DNA from: Aquificaceae bacterium
GTDB lineage: Bacteria; Aquificota; Aquificia; Aquificales; Aquificaceae
Assembly: GCA_037924335.1 (NCBI GenBank)
Contig: JAXSMZ010000008.1
Location: forward strand, 4,793 to 38,755
DNA length: 33,963 nucleotides
Reading direction: 5' to 3'
Part shown: positions 18,116 through 26,752 of the stretch, one piece after another
Numbering within the stretch: the stretch's first letter is position 1
Layout of the letters: the number at the start of each line of letters is the position of its first letter
Position numbers and translations under genes: made by a program
Notes under the pieces: model-generated
The model's input: the letters and a program-made list of their open reading frames with translations, nothing else
Database searches by the model: none
What the model was told of the DNA's origin: nothing

Positions 18116-19333
18116 CTAAGCGCCATACTTGGCAAGCCTTAGAGAATGAGCAAGCATAAGGTTTATCAACTTCTCTGCTGGAATTATACCGATCTCACCC
18201 TTCAGGCACTCTCTTTCTGTGAACCTGGCTGAGGTTTTGCCAAGCACAAAAGGAGATTTCAACAGAATGGGTACTGGATGCCAAGAGTGACCTTTTAACA
18301 CAGAGGGTGTGGAGTGGTCTCCAGTTATCACAAGCACGTCTGGCCTCAGCTCTAGTATGTCTGGTATGTAGGAGTCAAACTCCTCTACTGTTTTCACTTT
18401 TCCTTCCCAATTGCCATCTTCTCCGTAAGAGTCCGTCTTTTTAATGTGTAGGAAAAAATAGTCGTACTTTTCCCACGCTTCCCTTAGAGTTCTCACTTCA
18501 TCCCCTATGCTATCCCCCTTTGGCTTTAGAAGGTCCATTCCTACCAAGCTTGCAAGACCTCTGTACATAGGATAAACAGCTATGGCACAGGCTTTTAGAC
18601 CAAACCTTTCTTTAAAGCTTTCCAGCTTTGGTTTTTGAGAAAAGCCCCTTAGGAGTATATAGTTTGCCCTCCTTTCGTCCCTTAGAACCTCCCCAACTCT
18701 CTGTATAAACTTCTTTACAACCTCTACAACCTGATCAGCATTTTCATTTTCTCCGCATGGCTCTAAAGGTTCTAAACCTTCCCTCTGTGGGTCTGTATCT
18801 TTTATTGTATCGCTTCCCTCTGGAAGAGGGGAAGGAAAACTTAGCACTACTACCACTCTGTGCTCCATGCCAGTTTCTACGAGAACCTTTACACCGTCTA
18901 TCTCCTTTATCTCCTCTTTTATTTTTTGTGTTATTCTTCTGTTTTCCTCTGTGGGTATTCTCCCGGCCCTTCTATCCTTTACCACTGGCCTACCGTCTAT
19001 GTACTCTACCGTTGCGTAATTCCCCCTTATCGCTATATCCGTGTCTTTTACTTCAATGCCAAGACCAAGGGCTTCAAGAATACCTCTTCCTATCTTGTGA
19101 ACCTTTGGGTCGTAGCCAAATATACCCAAGTGTCCAGGACCGCTCCCGGGAGTTATGCCGTAGTCTACTGGCAGATGTATGCCAAGAGCAGAATCCCAAG
19201 CGAGTCTGTCTAAGTTGGGCGTTTGTGCAATCTCAAGCTCTGTTTTTCCATCCTTTATGGGAAGTCCACCAAGTCCATCCAGAACAACCATAAGAAGCTT
19301 GGTTTCATTTTTCTTTATCAACTCTCTCAGCAT
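18116..19333 (-). CDS. apgM: 2,3-bisphosphoglycerate-independent phosphoglycerate mutase (archaeal type)
   Basis: VLDGLG, TPNLD, PGSG..HL, GRG.LEALG, DRRAGR, HIKKTD..GED, TGDHSTP..H...PVP. Confidence 0.93.
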   Translation of the reverse strand: MLRELIKKNETKLLMVVLDGLGGLPIKDGKTELEIAQTPNLDRLAWDSALGIHLPVDYGITPGSGPGHLGIFGYDPKVHKIGRGILEALGLGIEVKDTDIAIRGNYATVEYIDGRPVVKDRRAGRIPTEENRRITQKIKEEIKEIDGVKVLVETGMEHRVVVVLSFPSPLPEGSDTIKDTDPQREGLEPLEPCGENENADQVVEVVKKFIQRVGEVLRDERRANYILLRGFSQKPKLESFKERFGLKACAIAVYPMYRGLASLVGMDLLKPKGDSIGDEVRTLREAWEKYDYFFLHIKKTDSYGEDGNWEGKVKTVEEFDSYIPDILELRPDVLVITGDHSTPSVLKGHSWHPVPILLKSPFVLGKTSARFTERECLKGEIGIIPAEKLINLMLAHSLRLAKYGA

Positions 19334-19338
19334 TATAT

Positions 19339-20496
19339 TTAGTATAGATCACTTTTCAGAAGGCTCTTAGGTATCGGCGGGAGCATTTGGAGCTTTCTAC
19401 CCATTATCTCCTTAGAGTATCTCTCCAGATAGTAAGTTATTGTCTCTACTCTTATCTTTATGCTTCCTGTTGGTTTTGTCTCGTCCAGCTCACCGAACTT
19501 GAAGAACAGCGTTCCCCTACTCTCGACTATTCTTTGCACGGGTGTGAAAGTGGGCTGGTCCATCCCACACTCGTAGCTTGAAAGTCTTATGACGGCCGTT
19601 ATCCAAGGAAATCTTGAACCAAACTTTGCAGCCCATATTATCTCGTTTGTATTGGAGCTGTAAGATGACTTCCAAACGTCAGATATGTCAAAGAAGCTTC
19701 TTATAATGCCCGCCTGTATGTCTTTTCCAAAAAGCCAGCTCAGTATGTCCTCGTCCAACGGAAGGTAGTTGTACCAAAGAACAGGGTATCCATAAGCCTG
19801 AAACTCTGCATCTATATCGTGGCCTATCCCAGAGTCCATATGGTACGGCCTAGCAAGTATGAGTACTGCAGGCCTACTTTCTGATATACACCACTTTATT
19901 ATCTCCCTACTCTTTTTTCTTATTTTCCTGTCAAAATCCTCCAGAGACTTTAATCCCTCTTTTACAGCTCTATTTATCTCTTCGTAAGAAACGTCAAAAA
20001 CATCTTTTATAGATTCATAGAGCTGTTTTGGAATAAGCTCTGGTTCTCCAAAGGTTAAAAAGGGGGATACGTACCTTATGCCCCTTGCGGAGAATTCATC
20101 CCTCTCCTTCAAGAAACCAGCTTTTATATTCTCTGGAGCCATCATAACCCTTGTACAGCTTATAGTATCTAAAACATGACCCTTTAAAAAGGAAGGAAGG
20201 GAGTATATCATGGGGACAAAGAGCACGTTTATATCCCTTGTGAGCAACTCTCCTATGTGTCCAGACAGACACTTTACTGGAAAACAGCTATCCATAGTTA
20301 TCTTACCCTTCCCATAATCTCTGTACTGCTCCTCAGAAGTTTCAGAACTGAAAAGGACCTTCACCCCAAGATGCTCAAAGAAGCTAACCCAAAACTGATG
20401 CGTACCCCAGATGTTTAGAAACCTTGGTATTCCTACCTTTATGTGAGACCTATCAACCTTAGCAGAGTTTCCCCTTCCTTTAAAAAGCCTGAGCAT
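19339..20496 (-). CDS. DUF2229 / acyl-CoA dehydratase activase-related Fe-S subunit (PlsA R1-like domain)
   Basis: VGIPR.LN, SCFPVK..GHI, SC, ARPYH.D, YECGMD, DE....GSIKIRVET. Confidence 0.85.
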   Translation of the reverse strand: MLRLFKGRGNSAKVDRSHIKVGIPRFLNIWGTHQFWVSFFEHLGVKVLFSSETSEEQYRDYGKGKITMDSCFPVKCLSGHIGELLTRDINVLFVPMIYSLPSFLKGHVLDTISCTRVMMAPENIKAGFLKERDEFSARGIRYVSPFLTFGEPELIPKQLYESIKDVFDVSYEEINRAVKEGLKSLEDFDRKIRKKSREIIKWCISESRPAVLILARPYHMDSGIGHDIDAEFQAYGYPVLWYNYLPLDEDILSWLFGKDIQAGIIRSFFDISDVWKSSYSSNTNEIIWAAKFGSRFPWITAVIRLSSYECGMDQPTFTPVQRIVESRGTLFFKFGELDETKPTGSIKIRVETITYYLERYSKEIMGRKLQMLPPIPKSLLKSDLY

Positions 20497-22642
20497 TTTT
20501 TGACCTTTTGAAGGCTTCCTTTTTCACAAACTGTGAGATGTTTGGGAAAGTGCTTTTTATCCTTTCCATTCTTTCCTTTATTACCTTGAGTTCGTTTGCA
20601 TCTTCTACGAGCCCTTTTGGGCATGCGTTGTTAACTATCAGCCTTATCCATCCCTCTTGTAATGGTACCTTGCTCCAAGTTCTTCCCTTACCGCTTGGAA
20701 TTTTTACATCTATGAAGGTTCTCTGGCAGTTTATGGGACACCAATGGCATACTGTATCCTTAGATGTTGTGCTCACGTACTCAAGGTTCTCAACCACATC
20801 AAACCCTATGAACTTTGTACTCCTTGTCTTTTCCCAGTGCTCCAAGGCTATAAGGGAAACGCCTATGGCTCCTGCCTCTCCAGGGTAAGGGTGCACGTAA
20901 ACTTCAGCGTCGGGAACCTTAGACTTTATAAAATCCACCTGAGATTTCACAACTGCTAAGTTCTTATGAGTTCCCCCTTGAAGAAGAAACTTCTTACCCA
21001 CTTCCCTTAGATTGTTTATGTTGCCAGCGTAAACCCAAACGTTCAAAGGTAGAATATGACAAAGGCCTGCAAGTATCTCTTGAGCTTGCCATCCTTTTCT
21101 TTGCTGGTTAACGATGTCACTCTGAAGGAATACACCGCACCCCATAGTAAAGGTGGGTATGGCTTTTGCATCAAAAGCCTCTTTGGCTATATCCTCCAAT
21201 GGAATGCCAAACCTCTCTGCAACCCCCTGAAGGAAAGCCCCATTCCCAGAGGAACACTGGGAGTTTAGCCTAAAATCTGATACAGAGCCATTTCTTAGTA
21301 TCATTATCTTTACGTCCACACCACCTACATCGCATATACAATCTACGTGTGGGAAGAAGTGAAGGCCTGCAGTTGCATGAGCTACCGTTTCAACTACAGC
21401 TACGTCTGCACCCAGCACATCCTTAAGAAGGTCTTTCCCATACCCGGTCACACCAAGGGCAAGGACTCTACCATCACCAAGGTACTCCCTTATCCTTCGG
21501 AAGACCTCCTTTGCATCCTCTATGGGATTACCTTTGCTCAAAGCGTAGCAAGAAAAGACTATATCCTTCTCCGGTGTTATGCACACAGCCTTTGAAGTCG
21601 TTGACCCAAAATCACATCCTATAACAACCTCTTTTGTTCTCCTTACGTTCACATTTACGAACTTAGCATACTTCTTCATGAAATCTTGGAGCTCCTCAAC
21701 GGAACTCACAAGACCTCCTTTACCCTCCTTTAGCTTTTCTTCGTACTGCCCTTCCTCAACCCACCACTTTAGTTTATCCTTACCCTTGTAAACTCCTCCG
21801 TCCTTTTCCTCCATAGCTGTGTAAACGCATCCCAAGCTGGCATAAAAGAGCGAATTCTCTGGAACATACACAAGCCTTTCCATATCCTCATCGGAGAAAT
21901 CTCCCACCCCACTTTCTTTCCAGAGCTTTTTAAGATGGTGTCTCCACGCTTCTATAAGACCCTTAAAGAAAGAGTTGGGTCCACCAAGAAGAAGCACCTC
22001 TGGCATTGGAAGATTGCCCTTTGTGAGCTGGGAAAGGTTCTGATAGACTACAGCTTCAAAGAGGGATGCTATCACCTCCTGTGCTGGAACACCAGCCTTT
22101 ATCAGGGAGTTGACATCTGCCTCTGCGAATATTCCACACTTGGAACTCACTTTGTGTATAGGGTATCCAACATAGCCCATTTGGGATAACTTTCCCGTAT
22201 CTATTCCTAACCTTCTTGCGGATTTTTCTATAAAAGTCCCAGTTCCACCAGCACAGACGTTCTGCATGAAAACTTGCTTGTTCCTTTTCTCCTTTTCCCA
22301 CTTTATGAACACCGTTTTCATATCCTCCCCGCCTATCTCGCTTATAAACCTCACCTTTGGATGGAGCTTCTCAACGGCTGTAGAGACTGCGACAACCTCT
22401 TGAACAAACCTACCATTAAGTAGCTTTACTATGAGCCCAGCTCCAGAACCAGTAAGGTAAATTCTATCCCTACCAGGTTTTAGGCCAAACTTCTCCTCGA
22501 GCTTTGTTAGGAACTCGAGCACTTTCTCAGCTTGCTTTGTGTTATGCCTTTCGTAAGCTTTATCCAGTATGCTTCCACTGTCATCGACCAAAAGGTACTT
22601 GCATGTCGTACTTCCAACGTCAACACCCAAAAACATGATCAA
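20480..22642 (-). CDS. Tandem BadF/BadG/BcrA/BcrD (ASKHA) ATP-dependent activase (PlsA A1-A2-like)
   Basis: Two repeats: GVDVGSTT..TGSG..EIGGED..CAGGTG..CGIFA and GCDFGSTT..TGYG..DVGGVD..CSSGNG..CGVF. C-terminal CHWCPINC...C. Confidence 0.9.
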   Translation of the reverse strand: MIMFLGVDVGSTTCKYLLVDDSGSILDKAYERHNTKQAEKVLEFLTKLEEKFGLKPGRDRIYLTGSGAGLIVKLLNGRFVQEVVAVSTAVEKLHPKVRFISEIGGEDMKTVFIKWEKEKRNKQVFMQNVCAGGTGTFIEKSARRLGIDTGKLSQMGYVGYPIHKVSSKCGIFAEADVNSLIKAGVPAQEVIASLFEAVVYQNLSQLTKGNLPMPEVLLLGGPNSFFKGLIEAWRHHLKKLWKESGVGDFSDEDMERLVYVPENSLFYASLGCVYTAMEEKDGGVYKGKDKLKWWVEEGQYEEKLKEGKGGLVSSVEELQDFMKKYAKFVNVNVRRTKEVVIGCDFGSTTSKAVCITPEKDIVFSCYALSKGNPIEDAKEVFRRIREYLGDGRVLALGVTGYGKDLLKDVLGADVAVVETVAHATAGLHFFPHVDCICDVGGVDVKIMILRNGSVSDFRLNSQCSSGNGAFLQGVAERFGIPLEDIAKEAFDAKAIPTFTMGCGVFLQSDIVNQQRKGWQAQEILAGLCHILPLNVWVYAGNINNLREVGKKFLLQGGTHKNLAVVKSQVDFIKSKVPDAEVYVHPYPGEAGAIGVSLIALEHWEKTRSTKFIGFDVVENLEYVSTTSKDTVCHWCPINCQRTFIDVKIPSGKGRTWSKVPLQEGWIRLIVNNACPKGLVEDANELKVIKERMERIKSTFPNISQFVKKEAFKRSKNAQAF

Positions 22643-24138
22643 ACCCTTCCCATAAGCTTTGCTACATGCATCACATAGTTGGCAGAGGTTCCAGCATAAC
22701 CGTAGTTTGGTACTCTATAGCTTGCCCTCTTTATATGCTTTCTCTTTTCCTCAAATTCTCTTATCTCCTCTATGCTGAGCTTTGTCCTATCCAAGACCTC
22801 CTCAAACTCCATCTTTGCTCTCTTCTTTGCTTCGGTGAGTATCATCTGACACCTAGAAAGAGCGTGAACCTCAGCATCACCCTTTATCTCTGTAGGAGCA
22901 TAAAGTAAGTCTGGATAGTCTCCCATCACCTTTGCCATTGCACCTATGGACATGGTATTGGGAAGGCATCCGTAGGGTGAGAGCTCGCATATCATATGGG
23001 CTTGCTTTTTCTTATAAGCATAAAGGGCTTTACCTATGAGCATGTGACCTTCTCCCCCACCAAGCCTGTAATGAAAATAAGGTCTGGCAAGCTCTTTTAG
23101 AAGCCTTTGGTCTGGAAGAGGGTTGGGAACGTTGTTTAGAGCTTTTCTTAGTTTGTTGTAAACGTACCTGTAAAGGTGTACAAAGAAAAGAACAAACCCT
23201 TTCTTTATATGGTATTTTTTGACAAAATCCTTGTTGTCCTCAAGTTTGAAAAGCTCCATGTTTATAAGGTAGTCCATCCAGACGGCAACTGGCGGTGGAA
23301 CAACCTCAGCTCCTTCCTCTTCCAACCATCTTTTAATGTTGTAGTTCCCATCACCTTCGTGGGTTTGAAGCCAAAACTCCCCAGTTATTTTAACCCTTGG
23401 CTTTACCCTAAGGCGGTCAACCTCTATACCATCCCACAGTTTTCTAACCTCTTTTAGAGATTCCACAAAGTAGTCTGTAAGCACATGCCATACAAGAGAC
23501 CCAAGCTTCTTACCCTTCAATGGTCTATTTTTCAGTTTTTCATAGACCAGTTCCACGCTCTGACGTAAAACGCTTTCCGTTTGCCCAGGGAGCACTTCGT
23601 AGGGTCTTGTTGCGTACTCCATGTCTGTTAATATGTCCCCTATGAACATGGCATAAACAAGACCTAGGGTTAAAGGCATGCTTATCTCAAGCCCCCCACC
23701 TTCAGTAGCTTGTTCCATCTTAAGAAGGTCAAGAAGGAAGATCCTGAAGTTTTTCAGGTTCAAGCCTTCCAACACCCTTTCATAGGATTCGTGATACTGT
23801 CCAAACCTGCAAGGCCCACATGCTCCTATAGTAACGAACACATAATTGTCCACAACTTTCCCTTCTGACCTTTCTAACTCCATGAGGGTTCTGGCTAAGT
23901 TTCCAGCCGTAAAGGTTGTAGGACAGCAAGCCCCAACGTCTATGTACTCCTTTCCAACATCAAGGTCTATCCTTTTGATATCAGGAAGAGGTCTTGCTCT
24001 ATAGCCCATGTTCTCTAAGGAAGCTTCTATAAGTTTTTCATGCTTCCAGGTTAAACCGCCGAACAAAAGGGTAGTTCTTGACCTTTCCTCCTTTGTAAAA
24101 GGTTTAGGTCTGTAGGCTCTGTAATCTATTGCCTCCAT
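22639..24138 (-). CDS. 2-hydroxyacyl-CoA dehydratase/reductase-like Fe-S subunit (PlsR-like)
   Basis: PFTKE, ACCP, GPCRFGQY, RPYE, ITGE, GEG, PYGCLPN. RBS AAGGAGG; ATGA overlap with the activase gene. Confidence 0.85.
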   Translation of the reverse strand: MEAIDYRAYRPKPFTKEERSRTTLLFGGLTWKHEKLIEASLENMGYRARPLPDIKRIDLDVGKEYIDVGACCPTTFTAGNLARTLMELERSEGKVVDNYVFVTIGACGPCRFGQYHESYERVLEGLNLKNFRIFLLDLLKMEQATEGGGLEISMPLTLGLVYAMFIGDILTDMEYATRPYEVLPGQTESVLRQSVELVYEKLKNRPLKGKKLGSLVWHVLTDYFVESLKEVRKLWDGIEVDRLRVKPRVKITGEFWLQTHEGDGNYNIKRWLEEEGAEVVPPPVAVWMDYLINMELFKLEDNKDFVKKYHIKKGFVLFFVHLYRYVYNKLRKALNNVPNPLPDQRLLKELARPYFHYRLGGGEGHMLIGKALYAYKKKQAHMICELSPYGCLPNTMSIGAMAKVMGDYPDLLYAPTEIKGDAEVHALSRCQMILTEAKKRAKMEFEEVLDRTKLSIEEIREFEEKRKHIKRASYRVPNYGYAGTSANYVMHVAKLMGRV

Positions 24139-24213
24139 GACTTACCCTCCTTTAAGGTTTATATATAAAATTATGCTTTACGGTTAGAGTTTACTGCTTT
24201 ATATCATATATAA

Positions 24214-24309
24214 CGGGAGAGTAAGGGAATCGAACCCTCCGAAGGTCGCGCAAGCGACCTCCCACAGGATTTGAAGTCCTGGGGCAGCACCAGCATACCA
24301 AACTCTCCC
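24214..24309 (-). tRNA. selC: tRNA-Sec (anticodon UCA), CCA not encoded
   Basis: 8-bp acceptor stem GGGAGAGT/ACTCTCCC plus discriminator G. Anticodon arm CAGGA-CTTCAAA-TCCTG, long variable arm GGAGGTCGC-TTGC-GCGACCTTC, T arm GAGGG-TTCGATT-CCCTT (8/5 fold). Followed by TTA rather than CCA. Confidence 0.97.
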
Positions 24310-24830
24310 TACCACTTGGGAAGGCACTCTATGCCTTCTCGGATTATAACATTCTTTACCCTTTCCACTATCTCCTCAGCTTTCTTTAGTTTCTTTAAAC
24401 TTTCCTCATCGGAAGATTCTAGCTTTACTAACCAAGACTCATACGGCTGGTTTACTATAATGGATGGGTCTTTTTCGACTGTACTGTTTACCTCAACTAT
24501 CTTCCCACCCAATGGAGTTGGGAATGTAGAAACCTTTTTTCCAGACTCAACAACGGCTAAGTTATCATCGTACTCAAGCACAGTACCCTTTGGTTTTATC
24601 CTTACTGAATAAAGGGGATACACTAAGGAAGCGAGAATTGACATAAAGCCTATAGAATAGACACCCTTTTCCTCTTTTACCCACTGGAAGACCATTCTAT
24701 CTTCGTTTACCCTATAGAGTCTATCCTTCTTTATCACGCAACCTTTTATTACTATATCTTCCATCTTTTTAGCCCAAGAGAGAAGGGGAAGGCTCAAAAG
24801 AAATTTTAAGGTAAAACGTCTACTTATCAT
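24309..24830 (-). CDS. GcvH/LbpA-like lipoyl-carrier protein with a twin-arginine-like signal peptide
   Basis: VESGK98 lipoylation-type motif, TPLGGKIVEVN, PY.SWLVKL. N-terminal SRRFTLK plus hydrophobic stretch ending in SWA. Cys31 and Cys169. Confidence 0.85.
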   Translation of the reverse strand: MISRRFTLKFLLSLPLLSWAKKMEDIVIKGCVIKKDRLYRVNEDRMVFQWVKEEKGVYSIGFMSILASLVYPLYSVRIKPKGTVLEYDDNLAVVESGKKVSTFPTPLGGKIVEVNSTVEKDPSIIVNQPYESWLVKLESSDEESLKKLKKAEEIVERVKNVIIREGIECLPKW

Positions 24831-25588
24831 ATTCCCAATATGTTTCTTTCAAACTTCAGATATCCCCTTTCCTTAGCCCATAGGTCTAAGTAAAGGGTTG
24901 CTATGTCATCAACGTATGGTACAGAAAGACCGTCTATCCTCATGTCTATTATCTTCATGTAAGTGTTACACTTTCTGCAAGCTTGTAACTGTGCGTACGG
25001 TTCTCCTTCGTAATAAAAGTAGTCTATGGTGTTATCCTCGTTGTTGCCACATCTTACGCAGCTTGTTCTATTGTAAAGCCATTGGGTATTGCAAAGAACA
25101 CAGCTTAGATACCTTGAGCCTTCTGTGTCTTCAGAATCCATTACATGGGACAAAGATGGTTTAAATCCACACACTGGGCATCTGTTTTTAAGCCACTGGT
25201 CTTTTTTTATATTCATATCCTCTCCAAGCTTAGCAAAGAAGGGATTAAGAAAGGTAAGGAATAGAAACCTCTCCTCATCAATCCCATCCTTCTCTCTTAA
25301 GAAATCCTCAATTTTCCTATGGAGTTCCTCCTTATCAAGCCTCTCCAACTCTATAGCTTTTTCCCTTAGCCTATCGCTTCCATGCTCAGCGCACAGCTCA
25401 AAAAGCTTATAAATCTTCTTTAGCTCCTTCTTCCAATCGCTATCTTTAAGCCCTTCATAGACTTTTTTCTGGAAAAGAGTCGTTTGAGTAAGAAGGTCGA
25501 GCATATGAGAGACCTCAGAGTGCTTTTTCTTCAGCATGTTTATACGCTCAAGCTGGTATTCCCTCTCCTTCAGTCCTAACAAGCTCAC
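24827..25588 (-). CDS. fdhE: Formate dehydrogenase accessory protein FdhE
   Basis: CPVCG..P, RYLSC.LC..W...R..C..CG, C..C..Y.K, DDIATL.LD. GTG start at 25588 overlaps the sodC stop (25603 is an alternative). Confidence 0.93.
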   Translation of the reverse strand: MSLLGLKEREYQLERINMLKKKHSEVSHMLDLLTQTTLFQKKVYEGLKDSDWKKELKKIYKLFELCAEHGSDRLREKAIELERLDKEELHRKIEDFLREKDGIDEERFLFLTFLNPFFAKLGEDMNIKKDQWLKNRCPVCGFKPSLSHVMDSEDTEGSRYLSCVLCNTQWLYNRTSCVRCGNNEDNTIDYFYYEGEPYAQLQACRKCNTYMKIIDMRIDGLSVPYVDDIATLYLDLWAKERGYLKFERNILGI

Positions 25589-26109
25589 TTTATAACCCCG
25601 CAAGCTATCCTTGGGCCTGCATCCCCTGCAGGGTCAGTCTTATAATCATCTTGGTGGTGATGTATCATTATGGATGTACCACCCTCCTTTAGAAGACTAT
25701 TATCCTTCCCTCTCATTAGAGTTACGAACGAATTAAGCACATGAACCTTTACTCTTCCCTTTTCATCTGTGAATATGTTGGGCATATCCCCTGCATGCCA
25801 TCCATCAGGGTTTAGTAAGCCATGCTTTTTTTTGTAAGGATTGAAGTGCCCCTTGGCAGACGTAAAGTCTGGTGGGTCACACCTTCCAATCTCGTGTATG
25901 TGGAGGGCAAGCTCAGCGTTAGTAGGAAGTCCTGAAGCCTCCAACATTATCAGAACTCCATTACTGGTTTCTATAAAGTTAGCCTTACCTATCCTTTCGC
26001 CCTTCTGATCTATAAGTTCAGCCTCGGCTCTTAGCTCTTTTGTCAAGGCTATAGAAAAGAAAAGGGGGCCGAGGAACAACCCTAACAAAAGGCTGTATAG
26101 GCTCCCCAT
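25585..26109 (-). CDS. sodC: Periplasmic Cu/Zn superoxide dismutase
   Basis: N-terminal hydrophobic signal. Metal ligands in LHIHE, GHFNP, KHG, HAGD and IH; GPRIACGVI. Confidence 0.93.
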   Translation of the reverse strand: MGSLYSLLLGLFLGPLFFSIALTKELRAEAELIDQKGERIGKANFIETSNGVLIMLEASGLPTNAELALHIHEIGRCDPPDFTSAKGHFNPYKKKHGLLNPDGWHAGDMPNIFTDEKGRVKVHVLNSFVTLMRGKDNSLLKEGGTSIMIHHHQDDYKTDPAGDAGPRIACGVIK

Positions 26110-26113
26110 GACA

Positions 26114-26752
26114 CTACCTCCTTATCACCTCTTTAAACCATTTAGGGTGGTGTTTCATAGCCCAAAGGGCAGAAACCTTTCCTGTTATCATGCTTGTAAG
26201 AGATCCAGGGACACCTACCGTACCCATATAAACGTGTACAATGAACCCTGCACCAACCAATATAAAGGCAAGGTCATGGAGCATTATTGATATCCTAGTG
26301 ACTCCTATAGGGAAGGTTTCTGGAAACCACATAAAGATACCAGTCACCAGAAAAACAACGCAACCTATAAAGACCAACCAGCCGTATATCTTCTGACCAG
26401 CATTGTACTTGCCCGCTTCTGGCAGTTTTTCCTCTTCTCCTTTTAGATAGAATTTGACATTTTTCAGCCATACTGTATCATCTGGTGTTAAAAGAAAATC
26501 CTTTGACCATCTGAGGAACATGAAAAGTACACCAATGGAAAAGACTATACCAGACCACGGATGAAGCCATCTTGCAAACTCAGACCCACCCATTATGGGC
26601 AAAAGCCATGAAAACTTGGGAGAGTATATCCCCAATCCAGAAAGAAAGAGGTATAAAAAGGTGATAGCAACTAGCCAATGAAGTACTCTGTCCAATCTGC
26701 TGAACCTTTCTATTTCCATCTCTTCCAAGTGTTTTGTCTCTTCCATTTTCAA
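26114..26752 (-). CDS. fdnI: Formate dehydrogenase cytochrome b556 (gamma) subunit
   Basis: R.LHW, ARWLHPW.G, GKYNAGQK, LHD, IVHVY, GKVS..WA..HHP.W. Start may be 26746. Confidence 0.95.
   Translation of the reverse strand: MKMEETKHLEEMEIERFSRLDRVLHWLVAITFLYLFLSGLGIYSPKFSWLLPIMGGSEFARWLHPWSGIVFSIGVLFMFLRWSKDFLLTPDDTVWLKNVKFYLKGEEEKLPEAGKYNAGQKIYGWLVFIGCVVFLVTGIFMWFPETFPIGVTRISIMLHDLAFILVGAGFIVHVYMGTVGVPGSLTSMITGKVSALWAMKHHPKWFKEVIRR

Noticed and set aside
1834..26752. Additional selenoproteins among TGA-ending ORFs (porin, ispG, nadA, hisD, sodC and others)
   Set aside because: These TGAs fall at the expected C-termini, usually in ATGA/GTGA overlaps or followed by another stop, with no Cys-equivalent context.
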